From the NCBI GenBank assembly GCA_047495785.1, contig JBLDXI010000017.1, positions 2,356,001 through 2,420,000 on the forward strand: a stretch of 64,000 nt of DNA. The letters are read 5' to 3'. The stretch comes from Lepidodermella squamata (lineage: Eukaryota > Animalia > Gastrotricha). Positions 62,601 to 64,000 of this stretch are shown piece after piece. A model generated the notes under the pieces. It was not told where the DNA came from. It worked only from the letters and a program-made list of their open reading frames with translations, and ran no database searches. The translations under genes and the position numbers were made by a program. Within the stretch, counting starts at the first letter, position 1; each line of letters begins with the position of its first letter.

Positions 62601-64000
62601 TTCGCAAATATAAATAATTTGTTTTTCTACAACAAAAATAAAATGTGTCTTTTTCAGAAAATGAACTCTCAACAAGCTGCGTTGACAAGCCGCAATTCGC
62701 AAACTGTGGGTTGATAGTTGCTGCTCGGTTATGTGGACATCAGGCATTTGCTAAATTTTGCTGCGAATCGTGTTTCAAAGCTGGACAACTACGGCAAAAA
62801 CTGCTGTCTTGAACAATCAAGGTGTCAAATATGTAGATGAATATGGCCATCATTCCATTGATCAAAAATCACTTAAATTTGCTTGTAAACATGTTATTTA
62901 TGTAATATTGCAAAGGTTGTGCAGATAATTTGAACTGGGAAAACAGAAAAAGGAGATAAAGCTAGTCGTCGCTCTTCGATCAAGACTCGCTTGTGGTCAG
63001 TGAGCTCTAAATCGAAGGCGAACGAAAATCGCTATGATGTAATATAAATGTATGCCTAAAAGATTTGCGGCAAAAGCTGGATTCAAAGCAGACATCTAAT
63101 GAGGTTTATTATAATTATCACTATGACTTGATTCGTTTGTAATAATTTTTATACATTTAAATGCACTACTCTCCCTTCTCAACAGTGCTGGTGATGAAAT
63201 GTGCTTGTACAGAATACTGCATGATCGAAACAATAAAAGACCACACTCTCATGTATGGCTGTTTTGTCTATAATACAATGCTATCAACGCGGTTTACAGT
63301 TCAAATGCGACATCAGAGTTATGAGGTACTATTACACAAATTTGACAAATACTACAACATACTAATACACAACATCAGCCGTGCCTAAAACCGCCGTGCC
63401 TGATCTTGAAAGTATTGCAATATAAGAGATAGCTGACAGCTTTGAAGAAATGAAAAGACGGACTAAATCAGATGAACGCGGCTGTAAGACGGACGGCCAA
63501 GTGTGAGCTTAAGACTTGAGGTAAACTTGGCATGCATTCTAAAATTGTTGGCAATTTGAAGCGGTCTGGGACCAATATTTACTCCGCATAGCTTCATTTC
63601 TATTATTACACTTAAACTTCAGTCGTAAAAGAGGCGGTATCGATCAAAACTTTAGTAGATTAAATTAAATTACGAGATAGTTTCAAAGGCTCAACTTATA
63701 GGGTGACAAGTGACAAGACTTGAAGAGTTTTACAGCGCTTTGTATCGCTAATCTCACGTTTCTCGATTGCTATGGGCTATGGCTGCCTATCTAGATCCTA
63801 CATCTTTTTAGAAAATGCTATCTGTTCATTGTAAGTTCATTAAAGATACAATTAGAAAGTAACATCAAGATTTAGTATTGAAGATCGAGAGACAGTTTTC
63901 GAAATCGTCTGACCGGTTACGAGACAAACCCAGTTTTTTGGAGCACTGGGAGAACCTTGATTTCTACAAATAAAACGTCGAACAAGCGCTTTAACCAGCG

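Noticed and set aside
62601-62747. 49-aa N-terminal extension of the FPPS ORF
   Set aside because: It runs through a U-rich tract and an acceptor-like site, so it is more likely intron, outron or UTR; a targeting-peptide isoform cannot be excluded.
62916-62959. Possible papilin terminal exon GCADNLNWENRKRR*
   Set aside because: It superficially resembles the start of a PLAC domain but lacks the remaining cysteines and stops after 14 codons.

Overview
Eukaryotic (metazoan, invertebrate-like) genomic DNA from a compact genome with mostly ~45-60 nt GT-AG introns; there are no prokaryotic elements. All gene models were spliced by hand. Left to right: (1) a minus-strand gene with ~24 ankyrin repeats, truncated at the left edge; (2) a long-intron Klarsicht/nesprin-like KASH gene ending in ...GPPPV*; (3) a tandem array of six intact SLC6/NSS transporter paralogs, with one intronless GNS-like sulfatase between copies 1 and 2; (4) a serine palmitoyltransferase small subunit; (5) papilin with a long extra N-terminal region; (6) XLF/NHEJ1 and FPPS on the minus strand, 119 bp apart. 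The best candidate for a new system is the SLC6 array. All six copies have replaced residues of the Na1 sodium site and the chloride site and have a shortened, proline-containing TM3, while keeping the Na2 site and the gate charge pairs. The same paralogs also show extreme intron turnover: about 30 positions, of which only 5 are shared by all six. There are also hints of operon-like co-transcription and of genes nested in a papilin intron.
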